In this document: positions 1-14,142 of the stretch, one piece after another | How positions within the stretch are numbered: the first letter of the stretch is position 1 | How the letters are laid out: each line of letters starts with the position of its first letter | Assembly: GCA_964016885.1 (NCBI GenBank) | Contig: OZ024740.1 | Coordinates: forward strand, 438,960,001-439,024,000 | Source of the DNA: Eledone cirrhosa | Taxonomy: Eukaryota | Length of the DNA: 64,000 bases | Direction of reading: 5' to 3' | Position numbers and translations under genes: made by a program | The notes under the pieces: generated by a model | The model's input: the letters and a program-made list of their open reading frames with translations, nothing else | What the model was told of the DNA's origin: nothing | Database searches by the model: none

Positions 1-3000
1 TACACTTCACAACTGTACTTAGACTGTAAGGTATGGTAAACTTCACAACTGTACATAGACAGTATGGTATGGTACACTTCACAACTGTACATAGATAGTA
101 TGGTATGTTACACTTCACAACTTTACATAGACAGTATGGTATGGTACACTTCACAACTGTAAATAGACTGTATTGTATGGTACACTTCACAACTGTACAT
201 AGACTGTAAGGTATGGTACACTTCACAACTGTACATAGACAGTATGGTATGCTACACTTCACAACTGTACATAGACTGTAAGGTATGGTACACTTCACAT
301 CTGTACATAGACAGTATGGTACACTTTCACAAGTGTACACAGACTGTACGGTTTGGTACACTTCACAACTGTACATAGACTGTACGGTATGGTACACTTA
401 ACAACTGTACATAGATAGTATGGTATGTTACACTTCACAACTTTACATAGACTGTATGGTATGGTACACTTCACAACTGTCTATAGACAGTATGGTATGG
501 TACACTTCGCAAGTGTACATAGACTGTATGGTATGGTACACTTCACAACTGTACATAGACAGTATGGTATGGTACACTTCACAACTGAACATAGACTGTA
601 CGGTATGGTACCTTTAACAACTGTACATAGATTGTATGGTATGGTACACTTAACAACTGTACATAGACTGTATGGTATGGTACACTTCACAACTGTACAT
701 ATACTGTAATGTATGGTACACTTCACAACTGTGCATAGACTGTATAGTATGGTACACATCACAACTGTACATAGACAGTATGGTATCGTACACTTTTCAA
801 CTGTACATAGACAGTATGGTATGGTACACTTCGCAAGTGTACATAGACTGTAAGGTATGGCACACTTCACAACTGTACATAGACACTATAGTATGGTACA
901 CATCACAACTGTACATAGACTGTAACGTATGGTACACTTCACAACTGTACATAGACAGTATGGTATGGTACACTTCACAACTGTACATAGACTGTATGGT
1001 ATGGTGAACTTCACAACTGTACATAGACGTATGGTATGGTACACTTTACAACTGTACATAGACGGTATGGTATGGTACACTTCACAAATGTACATAGACA
1101 GTATGGTATCGTACACTTTTCAACTGTACGTAGACAGTATGGTATGGTACACTTCGCAAGTGTACATATCCAGTATCGTATGGTACACTTCACAACTGTA
1201 CATAGACAGTATGGTATGGTACACATCACAACTGTACATAGACAGTATGGTATGGTACACTTCACAACTGTACATAGACAGTATGGTATGGTACACTTCA
1301 CAACTGTGCATAGACAGTATGGTATGGTACACTTCACAACTATACATAGACTGTATTGTATGGTACACTTCACAACTGTACATAGACTGTAAGGTATGGT
1401 AAACTTCACAACTGTACATAGACTGTAAGATATGGTAAACTTCAGAACTGTACATAGACTGTATGGTATGGTACACTTCACAACTGTACATAGACTGTAT
1501 GGTATGGTACACTTCAGAACTGTCATATACAGTATGGTATGATACACTTCACGACTGTACATAGACTGTATGGTATGGTACACATCAGAACTGTACATAT
1601 ACAGTACAGTATGGTACACTTCTCAACTGCACATAGACAGTATGGAATGGTACATTTGACAACTGTACATAGACTGTATGGTATGGTACACTTCACAACT
1701 GTACAGAGACAGTACGGTATGGTATGGTATACTTCACAACTGTACATAGACTGTAAGGTATGTTAACTTCACAACTGTACATAGACAGTAAGGTATGGTA
1801 CACTTCACAACTGTACATAGACAGTATGGTATGGTACACTTCACAACTGTACATAGACAGTATTGTATGGTACACTTTAAAACTGTACATAGACTGTAAG
1901 GTATGGTACACTTTAAAACTGTACATAGACTGTAAGGTATGATAATCTTCACAACTGTACATAGACAGTATGGTATGGTACACTTCAGAACTGTACATAG
2001 ACTGGAGGGTATCGTACACTTCACAACTGTACATAGACAGTATGGTATAGTACACTTCACAACAGTACATAGACAGTAAGTTATGGTACACTTCACAACT
2101 GTACATATACAGTATCTTATGGTACACTTCACAACTGTACATAGACTGTATGGTATGGTACAATTCACAACTGTAAATAGACGGTATGATATGGTACACT
2201 TTACAACTGTACATAGATTGTAAGGTATGGTACACTTCACAACTGTACATAGACAGTATGGTATGGTACACTTCACAACTGTACATAGACAGTATGGTAT
2301 TGTACAATTCACAACTGTACATAGACGGTATGGTATGGTAAACTTCAGAACTGTACATATACAGTATGGTATGGTACACTTCACAACTGTACATAGACAG
2401 TATGGAATGGTACACTTGACAACTGTACATAGACTGTATGGTACACTTCACAACTGTACAGAGACAGTACGGTATGGCATGGTACACTTCACAACTGTAC
2501 ATAGACTCTAAGGTATGGTAACTTCACAACTGTACATAGACAGTATGTTATGGTACACTTCACAACTGTACATAGACTCTAAGGTATGGTACACTTCACA
2601 ACTGTAAATAGACTGTATTGTATGGTACACTTCACAACTGTACATAGACTGTAAGGTATGGTAAACTTCACATCTGTACATAGACAGTATGGTATGGTAC
2701 ACTTCACAACTGTACATAGATAGTATGGTATGTTACACTTCACAACTTTACATAGACAGTATGGTATGGTACACTTCACAACTGTAAATAGACTGTATTG
2801 TATGGTACACTTCACAACTGTACATAGACTGTAAGGTATGGTACACTTCACAACTGTACATAGACAGTATGGTATGCTTCACTTCACAACTGTACATAGA
2901 CTGTAAGGTATGGTACACTTCACAACTGTACATAGACAGTATGGTATGGTACACTTCACAACAGTACATAGACAGTAAGTTATGGTACACTTCACAACTG

Positions 3001-6000
3001 TACATATACAGTATCGTACGGTACACTTCACAACTGTACATAGACATTATGGTATGGTACACATCACAACTGTACATAGACAGTATGGTATGGTACACTT
3101 CACAACTGTACATAGACAGTATGGTATGGTACACTTCACAACTGTTCATAGACAGTATGGTATGGTACACTTCACAACTGTACATAGCCTGTATGGTATG
3201 GTACACTTCACAACTGTACATAGACAGTATGGTATGGTACACTTCACAACTGTACATAGACAGTATGGTATGGTACACTTCACAACTGTACATAGACTGT
3301 ATTGTATGGTACACTTTAAAACTGTACATAGACTGTAAGGTATGGTACACTTTAAAACTGTACATTGACTGTAAGGTATGGTAAACTTCACAACTGTACA
3401 TAGACAGTACGGTATGGTACACTTCAGAACTGTACATAGAGAGTATGGTACGGTACACTTCAGAAATGTGCATAGACAGTATGGTGTGATACACTTCACA
3501 ACTGTACATAGACAGTAGGGTATGGTACACTTCACAACTGTCTATAGACTGTAAGGTATGGAACACTTCACAACTGTGCATAGACAGTATGGTATGGTAC
3601 ACTTCACAACTGTACATTGACGGTAAGGTATGGTACACTTCACAAGTGTACATAGACTGTATGGTATGGTACACTTCACAACTCTACATAGACTGTACGG
3701 TATGGTACACTTCACAACTGTACATAGACAATATGGCATGTTACACTTCAGAACTGTACATAGTCTGTATGGTATGGTACACTTCACAACTGTACATAGA
3801 CTGTAAGGTATAGTTAACTTCACAGCTGTACATAGAATGTATGGTATGGTTCACTTCACAACTGTACATAGACTGTAATGTATGGTACACTTCACAACTG
3901 TACATAGACTGTATGGTATGGTACACTTTAAAACTGTACATAGACTGTAAGGTATGGTACACTTTAAAACTGTACATAGACTGTACGGTATGGTACACTT
4001 AACAACTGTACATAGATAGTATCTTATGGTACACTTCACAACTTTACATAGACTGTATGGTATGGTGAACTTCACAACTGTACATAGACGTATGGTATGG
4101 TACACTTTACAACTGTACATAGACAGTATGGTATGGTACACTTCACAACTGAACATAGACTGTACGGTATGGTACCCTTAACAACTGTACATAGATTGTA
4201 TGGTATGGTACACTTAACAACTGGACATAGACTGTATGGTATGGTACACTTCACAACTGTACATATACTGTAATGTACGGTACACTTCACAACTGTGCAT
4301 ATACTGTATAGTATGGTACACATCACAACTGTACATAGACAGTATGGTATCGTACACTTTTCAACTGTACATAGACAGTATGGTATGGTACACTTCGCAA
4401 GTGTACATAGACTGTAAGGTATGGCACACTTCACAACTGTACATAGACACTATAGTATGGTACACATCACAACTGTACATAGACTGTAACGTATGGTACA
4501 CTTCACAACTGTACATAGACAGTATGGTATGGTACACTTCACAACTGTACATAGACTGTATGGTATGGTGAACTTCACAACTGTACATAGACGTATGGTA
4601 TGGTACACTTTACAACTGTACATAGACGGTATGGTATGGTACACTTCACAACTGTACATAGACAGTATGGTATCGTACACTTTTCAACTGTACATAGACA
4701 GTATGGTATGGTACACTTCGCAAGTGTACATATCCAGTATCGTATGGTACACTTCACAACTGTACATAGACAGTATGGTATGGTACACATCACAACTGTA
4801 CATAGACAGTATGGTATGGTACACTTCACAACTGTACATAGACAGTATGGTATGGTACACTTCACAACTGTGCATAGACAGTATGGTATGGTACACTTCA
4901 CAACTATACATAGACTGTATTGTATGGTACACTTCACAACTGTACATAGACTGTAAGGTATGGTAAACTTCACAACTGTACATAGACTGTAAGATATGGT
5001 AAACTTCAGAACTGTACATAGACTGTATGGTATGGTACACTTCACAACTGTACATAGACTGTATGGTATGGTACACTTCAGAACTGTCATATACAGTATG
5101 GTATGATACACTTCACGACTGTACATAGACTGTATGGTATGGTACACATCAGAACTGTACATATACAGTACAGTATGGTACACTTCTCAACTGCACATAG
5201 ACAGTATGGAATGGTACATTTGACAACTGTACATAGACTGTATGGTATGGTACACTTCACAACTGTACAGAGACAGTACGGTATGGTATGGTATACTTCA
5301 CAACTGTACATAGACTGTAAGGTATGTTAACTTCACAACTGTACATAGACAGTAAGGTATGGTACACTTCACAACTGTACATAGACAGTATGGTATGGTA
5401 CACTTCACAACTGTACATAGACAGTATTGTATGGTACACTTTAAAACTGTACATAGACTGTAAGGTATGGTACACTTTAAAACTGTACATAGACTGTAAG
5501 GTATGATAATCTTCACAACTGTACATAGACAGTATGGTATGGTACACTTCAGAACTGTACATAGACTGGAGGGTATCGTACACTTCACAACTGTACATAG
5601 AGAGTATGGTATAGTACACTTCACAACAGTACATAGACAGTAAGTTATGGTACACTTCACAACTGTACATATACAGTATCTTATGGTACACTTCACAACT
5701 GTACATAGACTGTATGGTATGGTACAATTCACAACTGTAAATAGACGGTATGATATGGTACACTTCACAACTGTACATAGACTGTAAGGTATGGTACACT
5801 TCACAACTGTACATAGACAGTATGGTATGGTACACTTCACAACTGTACATAGACAGTATGGTATTGTACAATTCACAACTGTACATAGACTGTATGGTAT
5901 GGTAAACTTCAGAACTGTACATATACAGTATGGTATGGTACACTTCACAACTGTACATAGACAGTATGGAATGGTACACTTGACAACTGTACATAGACTG

Positions 6001-9000
6001 TATGGTACACTTCACAACTGTACAGAGACAGTACGGTATGGCATGGTACACTTCACAACTGTACATAGACTCTAAGGTATGGTAACTTCACAACTGTACA
6101 TAGACAGTATGTTATGGTACACTTCACAACTGTACATAGACTCTAAGGTATGGTACACTTCACAACTGTAAATAGACTGTATTGTATGGTACACTTCACA
6201 ACTGTACATAGACTGTAAGGTATGGTAAACTTCACATCTGTACATAGACAGTATGGTATGGTACACTTCACAACTGTACATAGATAGTATGGTATGTTAC
6301 ACTTCACAACTTTACATAGACAGTATGGTATGGTACACTTCACAACTGTAAATAGACTGTATTGTATGGTACACTTCACAACTGTACATAGACTGTAAGG
6401 TATGGTACACTTCACAACTGTACATAGACAGTATGGTATGCTACACTTCACAACTGTACATAGACTGTAAGGTATGGTACACTTCACAACTGTACATAGA
6501 CAGTATGGTATGGTACACTTCACAACAGTACATAGACAGTAAGTTATGGTACACTTCACAACAGGTACATATACAGTATCGTACGGTACACTTCACAACT
6601 GTACATATACAGTATCGTACGGTACACTTCACAACTGTACATAGACATTATGGTATGGTACACATCACAACTGTACATAGACAGTATGGTATGGTACACT
6701 TCACAACTGTACATAGACAGTATGGTATGGTACACTTCACAACTGTTCATAGACAGTATGGTATGGTACACTTCACAACTGTACATAGCCTGTATGGTAT
6801 GGTACACTTCACAACTGTACATAGACAGTATGGTATGGTACACTTCACAACTGTACATAGACAGGATGGTATGGTATACTTCACAACTGTACATAGACTG
6901 TATTGTATGGTACACTTTAAAACTGTACATAGACTGTAAGGTATGGTACACTTTAAAACTGTACATTGACTGTAAGGTATGGTAAACTTCACAACTGTAC
7001 ATAGACAGTACGGTATGGTACACTTCAGAACTGTACATAGAGAGTATGGTACGGTACACTTCAGAAATGTGCATAGACAGTATGGTGTGATACACTTCAC
7101 AACTGTACATAGACAGTAGGGTATGGTACACTTCACAACTGTCTATAGACTGTAAGGTATGGAACACTTCACAACTGTGCATAGACAGTATGGTATGGTA
7201 CACTTCACAACTGTACATTGACGGTAAGGTATGGTACACTTCACAAGTGTACATAGACTGTATGGTATGGTACACTTCACAACTCTACATAGACTGTACG
7301 GTATGGTACACTTGACAACTGTACATAGACAATATGGCATGTTACACTTCAGAACTGTACATAGTCTGTATGGTATGGTACACTTCACAACTGTACATAG
7401 ACTGTAAGGTATAGTTAACTTCACAGCTGTACATAGAATGTATGGTATGGTTCACTTCACAACTGTACATAGACTGTAATGTATGGTGCACTTCACAACT
7501 GTACATAGACTGTATGGTATGGTACACTTCATAACTGTACATAGACTGTATGGTATGATACACTTCACAACCTAACATAGACTGTACGGTATAGTACACT
7601 TCACAACTGTACATAGACAGTATGGTACACTTTCACAAGTGTACACAGACTGTACGGTTTGGTACACTTCACAACTGTACATAGACTGTACGGTATGGTA
7701 CACTTAACAAATGTACATAGATAGTATGGTATGGTACACTTCACAACTGTACATAGACTGTATGGTATGGTGAACTTCACAACTGTACATAGACGTATGG
7801 TATGGTACACTTTACAACTGTATATAAACGGTATGGTATGGTACACTTCACAACTGTACATAGACAGTATAGTATGGTACACTTCACAATGTACATAGAC
7901 AGTACGGTATGGTACACTTCACAACTGTACATAGACTGTACGGTATGGCACACTTCACAACTCTACATAGACTGTATGGTATGGAACACTTCACAAATGT
8001 ACATAAACTGTACGGTATGGTACACTTCACAACTGTACATAGACTGTACGGTATGGTACACTTCACAACTGTACATAGACTGTACGGTAAGGTACACTTC
8101 ACGACTGTACATAGACAGTACGGTATGGCACACTTCACAACTGTACATAGACTCTAAGGTATGGTACCCTTCACAACTGTACATAGACTGTACGGTATGG
8201 TACACTTCACAACTGTACATAGACTGTATGGTATGATACACTTCACAACTCTACATAGACAGTACGGTATGGCACACTTCACAACTGTACATAGACTCTA
8301 AGGTATGGTACACTTCACAACTGTACATAGACTGTATGGCATGGTACCCTTCACAAATGTACATAGACAGTATGGTATGGTACACTTCACAACTGTACAT
8401 ATACAGTATGGTATGGTACACTTCACAGCTGTACATAGACTGTATGGTACACTTTACAACTGTACAGAGACAGTACGCTATGGTATGGTACACTTCACAA
8501 CTGTACATAGAATCTAAGGTATGGTAACTTCACAACTGTACATAGACAGTATGGTATGGTACACTTCACAACTGTACATAGGCAGTATGGTATGGTACAC
8601 TTCACAACTGTAAATAGACTGTAGTGTATGGTACACTTCACAACTGTACATAGACTGTAAGGTATGGTAAACTTCACAACTGTACATAGACAGTATGGTA
8701 TGGTACACTTCACAACTGTACATAGACAGTATGGTATGGTACACTTCACAACTGTACATAGACAGTATGTTATTTTACACTTCACAACTGTAAATAGACT
8801 GTATTGTATGGTACACTTCACAACTGTACATAGACTGTAAGGTATGGTACACTTCAGAACTGTACATAGACTGTATGGTATGGTACACTTCACAACTGTA
8901 CATAGACTGTAAGGTATGGTACACTTCACAACTGTACATAGACAGTATGGTATGGTACACTTCACAACAGTACATAGACAGTAAGTTATGGTACACTTCA

Positions 9001-10807
9001 AAACTGTACATATACAGTATCGTATGGTACACTTCACAACTGTACATAGACAGTATGGTATGGTACACATCACAACTGTACATAGACAGTATGGTATGGT
9101 ACACTTCACAACTGTACATAGACAGTATGTTATGGTACACTTCACAACTGTTCATAGACAGTATGGTATGGTACACTTCACAACTGTACATAGCCTGTAT
9201 GGTATGGTACACTTCACAACTGTACATAGACAGTATGGTATGGTACATTTCACAACTGTACATAGAGAGTATGGTATGGTACACTTTACAACTGTACATA
9301 GACGGTATGGTATGGTACACTTCACAACTGTACATAGACAGTATGGTATCGTACACTTTACAACTGTACATAGACAGTATGGTATGGTACACTTCACAAC
9401 TGTAGATAGACAGTATGGTATGGTACACTTCACAACTGTACATAGACGGTATGGTATGGTACACTTCACAACTGTACATAGACAGTATTGTATGGTACAC
9501 TTTACAACTGTACATAGACGGTATGGTATGGTACACTTTACAACTGTACATAGACGTTATGGTATGGTACACTTCACAACTGTACTTAGACAGTATGGTA
9601 TGGTATACTTCACAACTCTACATAGACAGTATGGTATGGTACACTTCACAACTGTACATAGACAGTACGGTGTGGTACACTTCACAAATTTACATAGACT
9701 GTATGGTATGGTAAACTTCACAACTGTACATAGACTGTGTGGTATGGTACACTTCACAACTGTACATAGACAGTATGGTATGGTACACTTCACAACTGTA
9801 CATAGACTGTATGGTAGGGTGCACTTCACAACTGTACATAGACTGTACGGTGTGGTACACTTCACAACTGTATATAGACAGTACGGTATGGTACACTTTA
9901 CAACTGTACATAGATTGTACGGTATGGTACACTTCACAACTTTACATTGACTGTATGGTATTGAACACTTCACAAATGTACTTAGACAGTATGGTATGGT
10001 GTACCTCACAACTGTACATAGACTGTATGGTATGGTACACTTCACAACTGTACATAGACTCTACGGTATGGTACACTTCACAACTGTACATAGACAGTAT
10101 GGTATGGTGCACTTCACAGCTGTACATAGATTGTATGGTATGGCACACTTCACAACTGTACATAGACTGTACGGTATGGTACACTTCACAACTGTACATA
10201 GACACTACGGTATGGTACACTTCACAACTGTACATAGACTGTAGGGTATGGTACACTTCACAACTCTACATAGACTGTATTGTATGGAACACTTCACAAA
10301 TGTACATAAACTGTACGGTATGTTACACTTCACAACTGTACATAGACAGTACGGTATGGCACACTTCACAACTGTACATAGACTCTAAGGTATGGTACCC
10401 TTCACAACTGTACATAGACTGTACGGTATGGTACACTTCACAACTGTACATAGACTGTATGGTATGGTACACTTCACAACTGTACATAGACAGTACGGTA
10501 TGGAACACTTCACAACTGTACATAGACTCTAAGGTATGGTACACTTCACAACTGTACATAGACTGTACGGTATGGTACACTTCACAACTGTACATAGACT
10601 GTATGGTATGGTACTCTTCACAACTGTACATAGACAGTATAGTATGGTACACTTCACAACTGTACACAGACTGTAAGGTATGGTACACTTCACAACTGTA
10701 CATAGACAGTATTGTATGGTTCACTTCACAACTGTACATAGACTGTAAGGTATGGTACACTTCACAAATGTACATTGACTGTATGGTATGGTACACTTCA
10801 CAACTGT
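1..10807. repeat. Satellite array, 36-bp unit (consensus TATGGTATGGTACACTTCACAACTGTACATAGAC(A/T)G), about 300 copies, running off the left edge
   Basis: Continuous head-to-tail 36-mer with scattered substitutions; ends abruptly at ...cacaactgt|cgggaatc. The 12-aa periodic ORFs arise because 36 is a multiple of 3. Confidence 0.98.
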
Positions 10808-11132
10808 CGGGAATCTATGGAGAGTAAGGTTTACAGGTGAGTGTTAACATGTAGAAATAGGATACATGGCTTCTTGTTAACATGTAGAATATAAATCATT
10901 AGCTGCACAGTCTCTTCACCTAGAGCCACATGGTACACATGTCACACCCTAACTCGTTATCCAAGAATTCCCTACACACTCACATTCTCCCGCTAAATGC
11001 TAAAGCTTAATACGAACCTTATCAATTTCCCTAACCGGTGAAAGTTTGTCATGGTTACGACCCCTGCTTCTTCCCTTCATCCCATTAAGTTATAGGTGTG
11101 TCCACATTATGAAAACTGAAAACAAAAAAAAC

Positions 11133-11192
11133 ATATAAAGTACCAGTAATATACTTGGTTTTTGCTGGCCTTGTGCCAAAAGTAGAAACAAT
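11133..11192 (+). mobile_element. 3' fragment of tRNA-derived SINE family B
   Basis: TAAAGTACCAGTAATATAC...TTGCTGGCCTTGTGCCAAAAGTAGAAACAAT matches the 3' end of the copies at 33118, 48103 and 57281. Confidence 0.8.
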
Positions 11193-11300
11193 TCTGAAAA
11201 CAAAAAATTAATTTGTAGCTCTATGAGTCAATGGATTATTGAAATATCTTTATTTCTAGTATATACACAATGAAATTAAATACTACAGAGTAAGCTAGAT

Positions 11301-11474
11301 TGTTGTCTGGCTATACAACAGAGCAGTTAAACAATATTGTGTGGCTATACAACAGAGCAGTTAAACAATGTTGTGTGGCTATACAACAGAGCCACTGAAC
11401 AATGTTGTGTGGCTATACAACAGAGCAGGTAAACAATGTTGTGTGGCTATACAACAGAGCCGCTGAACAATGTT
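11301..11474. repeat. Minisatellite, 34-bp unit x5 with internal imperfect palindrome (TGTTGTGTGGCTATACAACA)
   Basis: Five tandem copies of tgttgtgtggctatacaacagagc(agtta/cactg)aacaa. Confidence 0.9.
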
Positions 11475-14142
11475 AGATAACACTATACAGTATGATAAAA
11501 GAACTATGCTATGTGCTGCTATATAGCCTAGTAACTAAACTATAGCAGGTAGAGCTATACAATATGATAACAGAACTATGTTATATGCTGCTATAAAGCA
11601 TAGCAGCTAAGCCATGTTATATAGAGCTCTGTAGTATATATGTTATATAACACTGTACAGAACAGTACCTTAACTATCCTTAATAGCGCTGTACAAGATG
11701 GTAACAGGACTGTTATATAACACTATGGATTTTGCAATAAAACTGTACTAGATGGTACTATACAGTTCCTAAATAAGTAATGAAAATTTCTGTAACTGAA
11801 TTATAAAACGCTAGAACGTTGCAACAAATATATAACAATTGTATATTATAATGTTCCTCAACTAGAAAGGATCGTTAGAACTCACCCAAACCTTAACGTT
11901 TCCCATTTTCTTTCCAAGAGTGAAATATTTGAGTAAAGAAACTACAGACATTGTAGAACTGAAAACATATTCACCTTATTTAGATTAACATTGATATCAC
12001 AGCCAGTTTCTTCGTCTTTAACGTATTTGTTCTCTTCAAGTTTATGTTCAGTCCAATTTATCATGAATGGATATATTTATTAACATGTACGTACCTTCTA
12101 CTTAATCATATTTAATTTATTATGATAACATAACGGGATAATCTGACGATTATATCGGCAGCCTTCCCATTCTATTTCTAAAATAATGATAACATAGAAA
12201 TCAATATTCGTCTTGTTACTATTATCTCTGGTTGTCATCGACTTTGTCCTTTTGTTTGCTGTGGACGATAGAGAAGTCCCATCGTTAAGTTTTACATGTA
12301 TGTACTTTCCTATTTTGCGCTCTCACACAAATCATACCTTCTCCCAGAAAGATTTAGTCGGATTGCTTAAATAATTTGGTTGAAAATAAAATTGAGGAGA
12401 ATTGTGAGTGGCTACTAACACAGTGGGTCGTTGGAGTATAAATAATTCCAATTGTGTTGGAACATCGGTTTAGTAGATTATCAAATCTAGCAAATTGACA
12501 GTAAATTCGCACACATGAATATTGGAAGAGTAACGACTATAGAGAAATATAACCACGTGAACACATATTTGTATATGTAAGCATATTCTTACGATAAAAA
12601 CATTTCTATTGCTTTAAAACTTAAATTTATTTCACTACTGCCAGCAACTTCTCATCGTACATTATTTCTCAAAGCTTTTTATACAAAAAACAAAACACTC
12701 TATTGAAGGAAATACTGCTCTATGTTGCCATCGACAAGGAATATTTAGACCGATAAGGATCCATTAAGGTCAAAACTGGATTCCTCATTGTCAGTCATGT
12801 AAGATGACGTCATATGTGCAGTTAGAAAGCAACAATAAATATGTTTAACCATATGGAAGTGTTATGCATTTAGATATGTTCTCATGATCATGTATTTGTT
12901 TAGTTATTCTATAATTATTGTGAATGTGACTGTCGTTACTGTTCAGTCACACTACATTACATATTATCAGCCTTCCACAACCACAGATCATCCACACAAT
13001 TCCACCCACCTTTACTTTCCAATCAAATTATTTAAGCCACACAACTCAAGTCTTCTTGACAGATAATTATTAAGAATTTATTTTACACTTGTTCTTTTGT
13101 ATTATTTCACCTTCAATATTAATAACACATTGTCAGGGCAAGAAAAATACAAGAACAAGGCCAAAGAAACAACAACAACAACAACAGCAACAGAAACAAC
13201 AACAACATCAGCAGCAGCAGCAACAACAACATAAAAATAAACAAGAAACAACAAATAATAGAAATAAAACGAAAGAACAGTTTGCGAGAAGTGAAACAGT
13301 CGGCAACAAAATAAATATATGTTTGAGACAAAAACCTCCAGCAGATATTCACAGTTTCTGGCATCTGGTAGCTGGCGATGGGGAAAAAAGTATTAATAAT
13401 GAATGTAGAGGAAAAGAAAACATATCTGACAGAGGAAAGATATTTCAACTCAACCGATATCTGCCTACAGACAGGACAAGGTGAAGTTTTATAGATAATG
13501 AAGGCGTGTCGCAGAAAACATTGCTAAACATTATAACAAAAATATTTCACGTTATGTCATAGATATGTGACATATTGTCAAAGTTTTATATAATTTTATC
13601 GCTGAAGTAGGTGATGTTATGATTGCTTCAGTATTGATGTAGAAGATCAGTGTAGTGGTATGATAATATTGAAGGTAGTACTAATATATTTACTTTATTT
13701 ACATACTATGACTTGTTATTATTTCTGGTGGAGGACCAGTGATGCTGGTTCTGTGACAAGTTTCAGTTAGGTGAATTTGTTATGTGATGTTAATGTTGTT
13801 ATTGCAACAGGAACGGCTCTGATTTAGTAGACGTATGGTCAATATGATCCCGCCATAATCATCATATTTCTTTCCAAACACATCTAATCCTAGTGTCCAA
13901 TACAGTCTTAAATTCCATCAATGTTTACAACGACAGTATGTTATTAAAGGAAAGATTAGCTACTATTTCTAGCGATGGTGAAAGGTTCCATAGTTGGATC
14001 TTTGATCTTATTTTTGTCAATAGAAGTGATATATATGAATGACAGATCGAAGACAAGTTCGATGGGAAGATAGTAGTGAGATTAACTTTGGTGGTATTTA
14101 CCGTGGAAAATAGTGTAGCTGTTTCCGTCAGTTAGCATAATG

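Noticed and set aside
1-10807. 36-bp repeat as a CRISPR array or a repetitive protein gene (ORFs up to 362 aa)
   Set aside because: No unique spacers and no cas genes. ORFs occur in several frames on both strands and are broken by indels, as expected for a satellite with a period divisible by 3.
11301-11474. Palindromic 34-bp repeat resembling a mini-CRISPR
   Set aside because: The variable part is about 5 nt and alternates between two types; an ordinary minisatellite.
13089-13484. Poly-Q ORF
   Set aside because: Explained by a (CAA/CAG)n microsatellite; non-ATG start and no recognisable domain.
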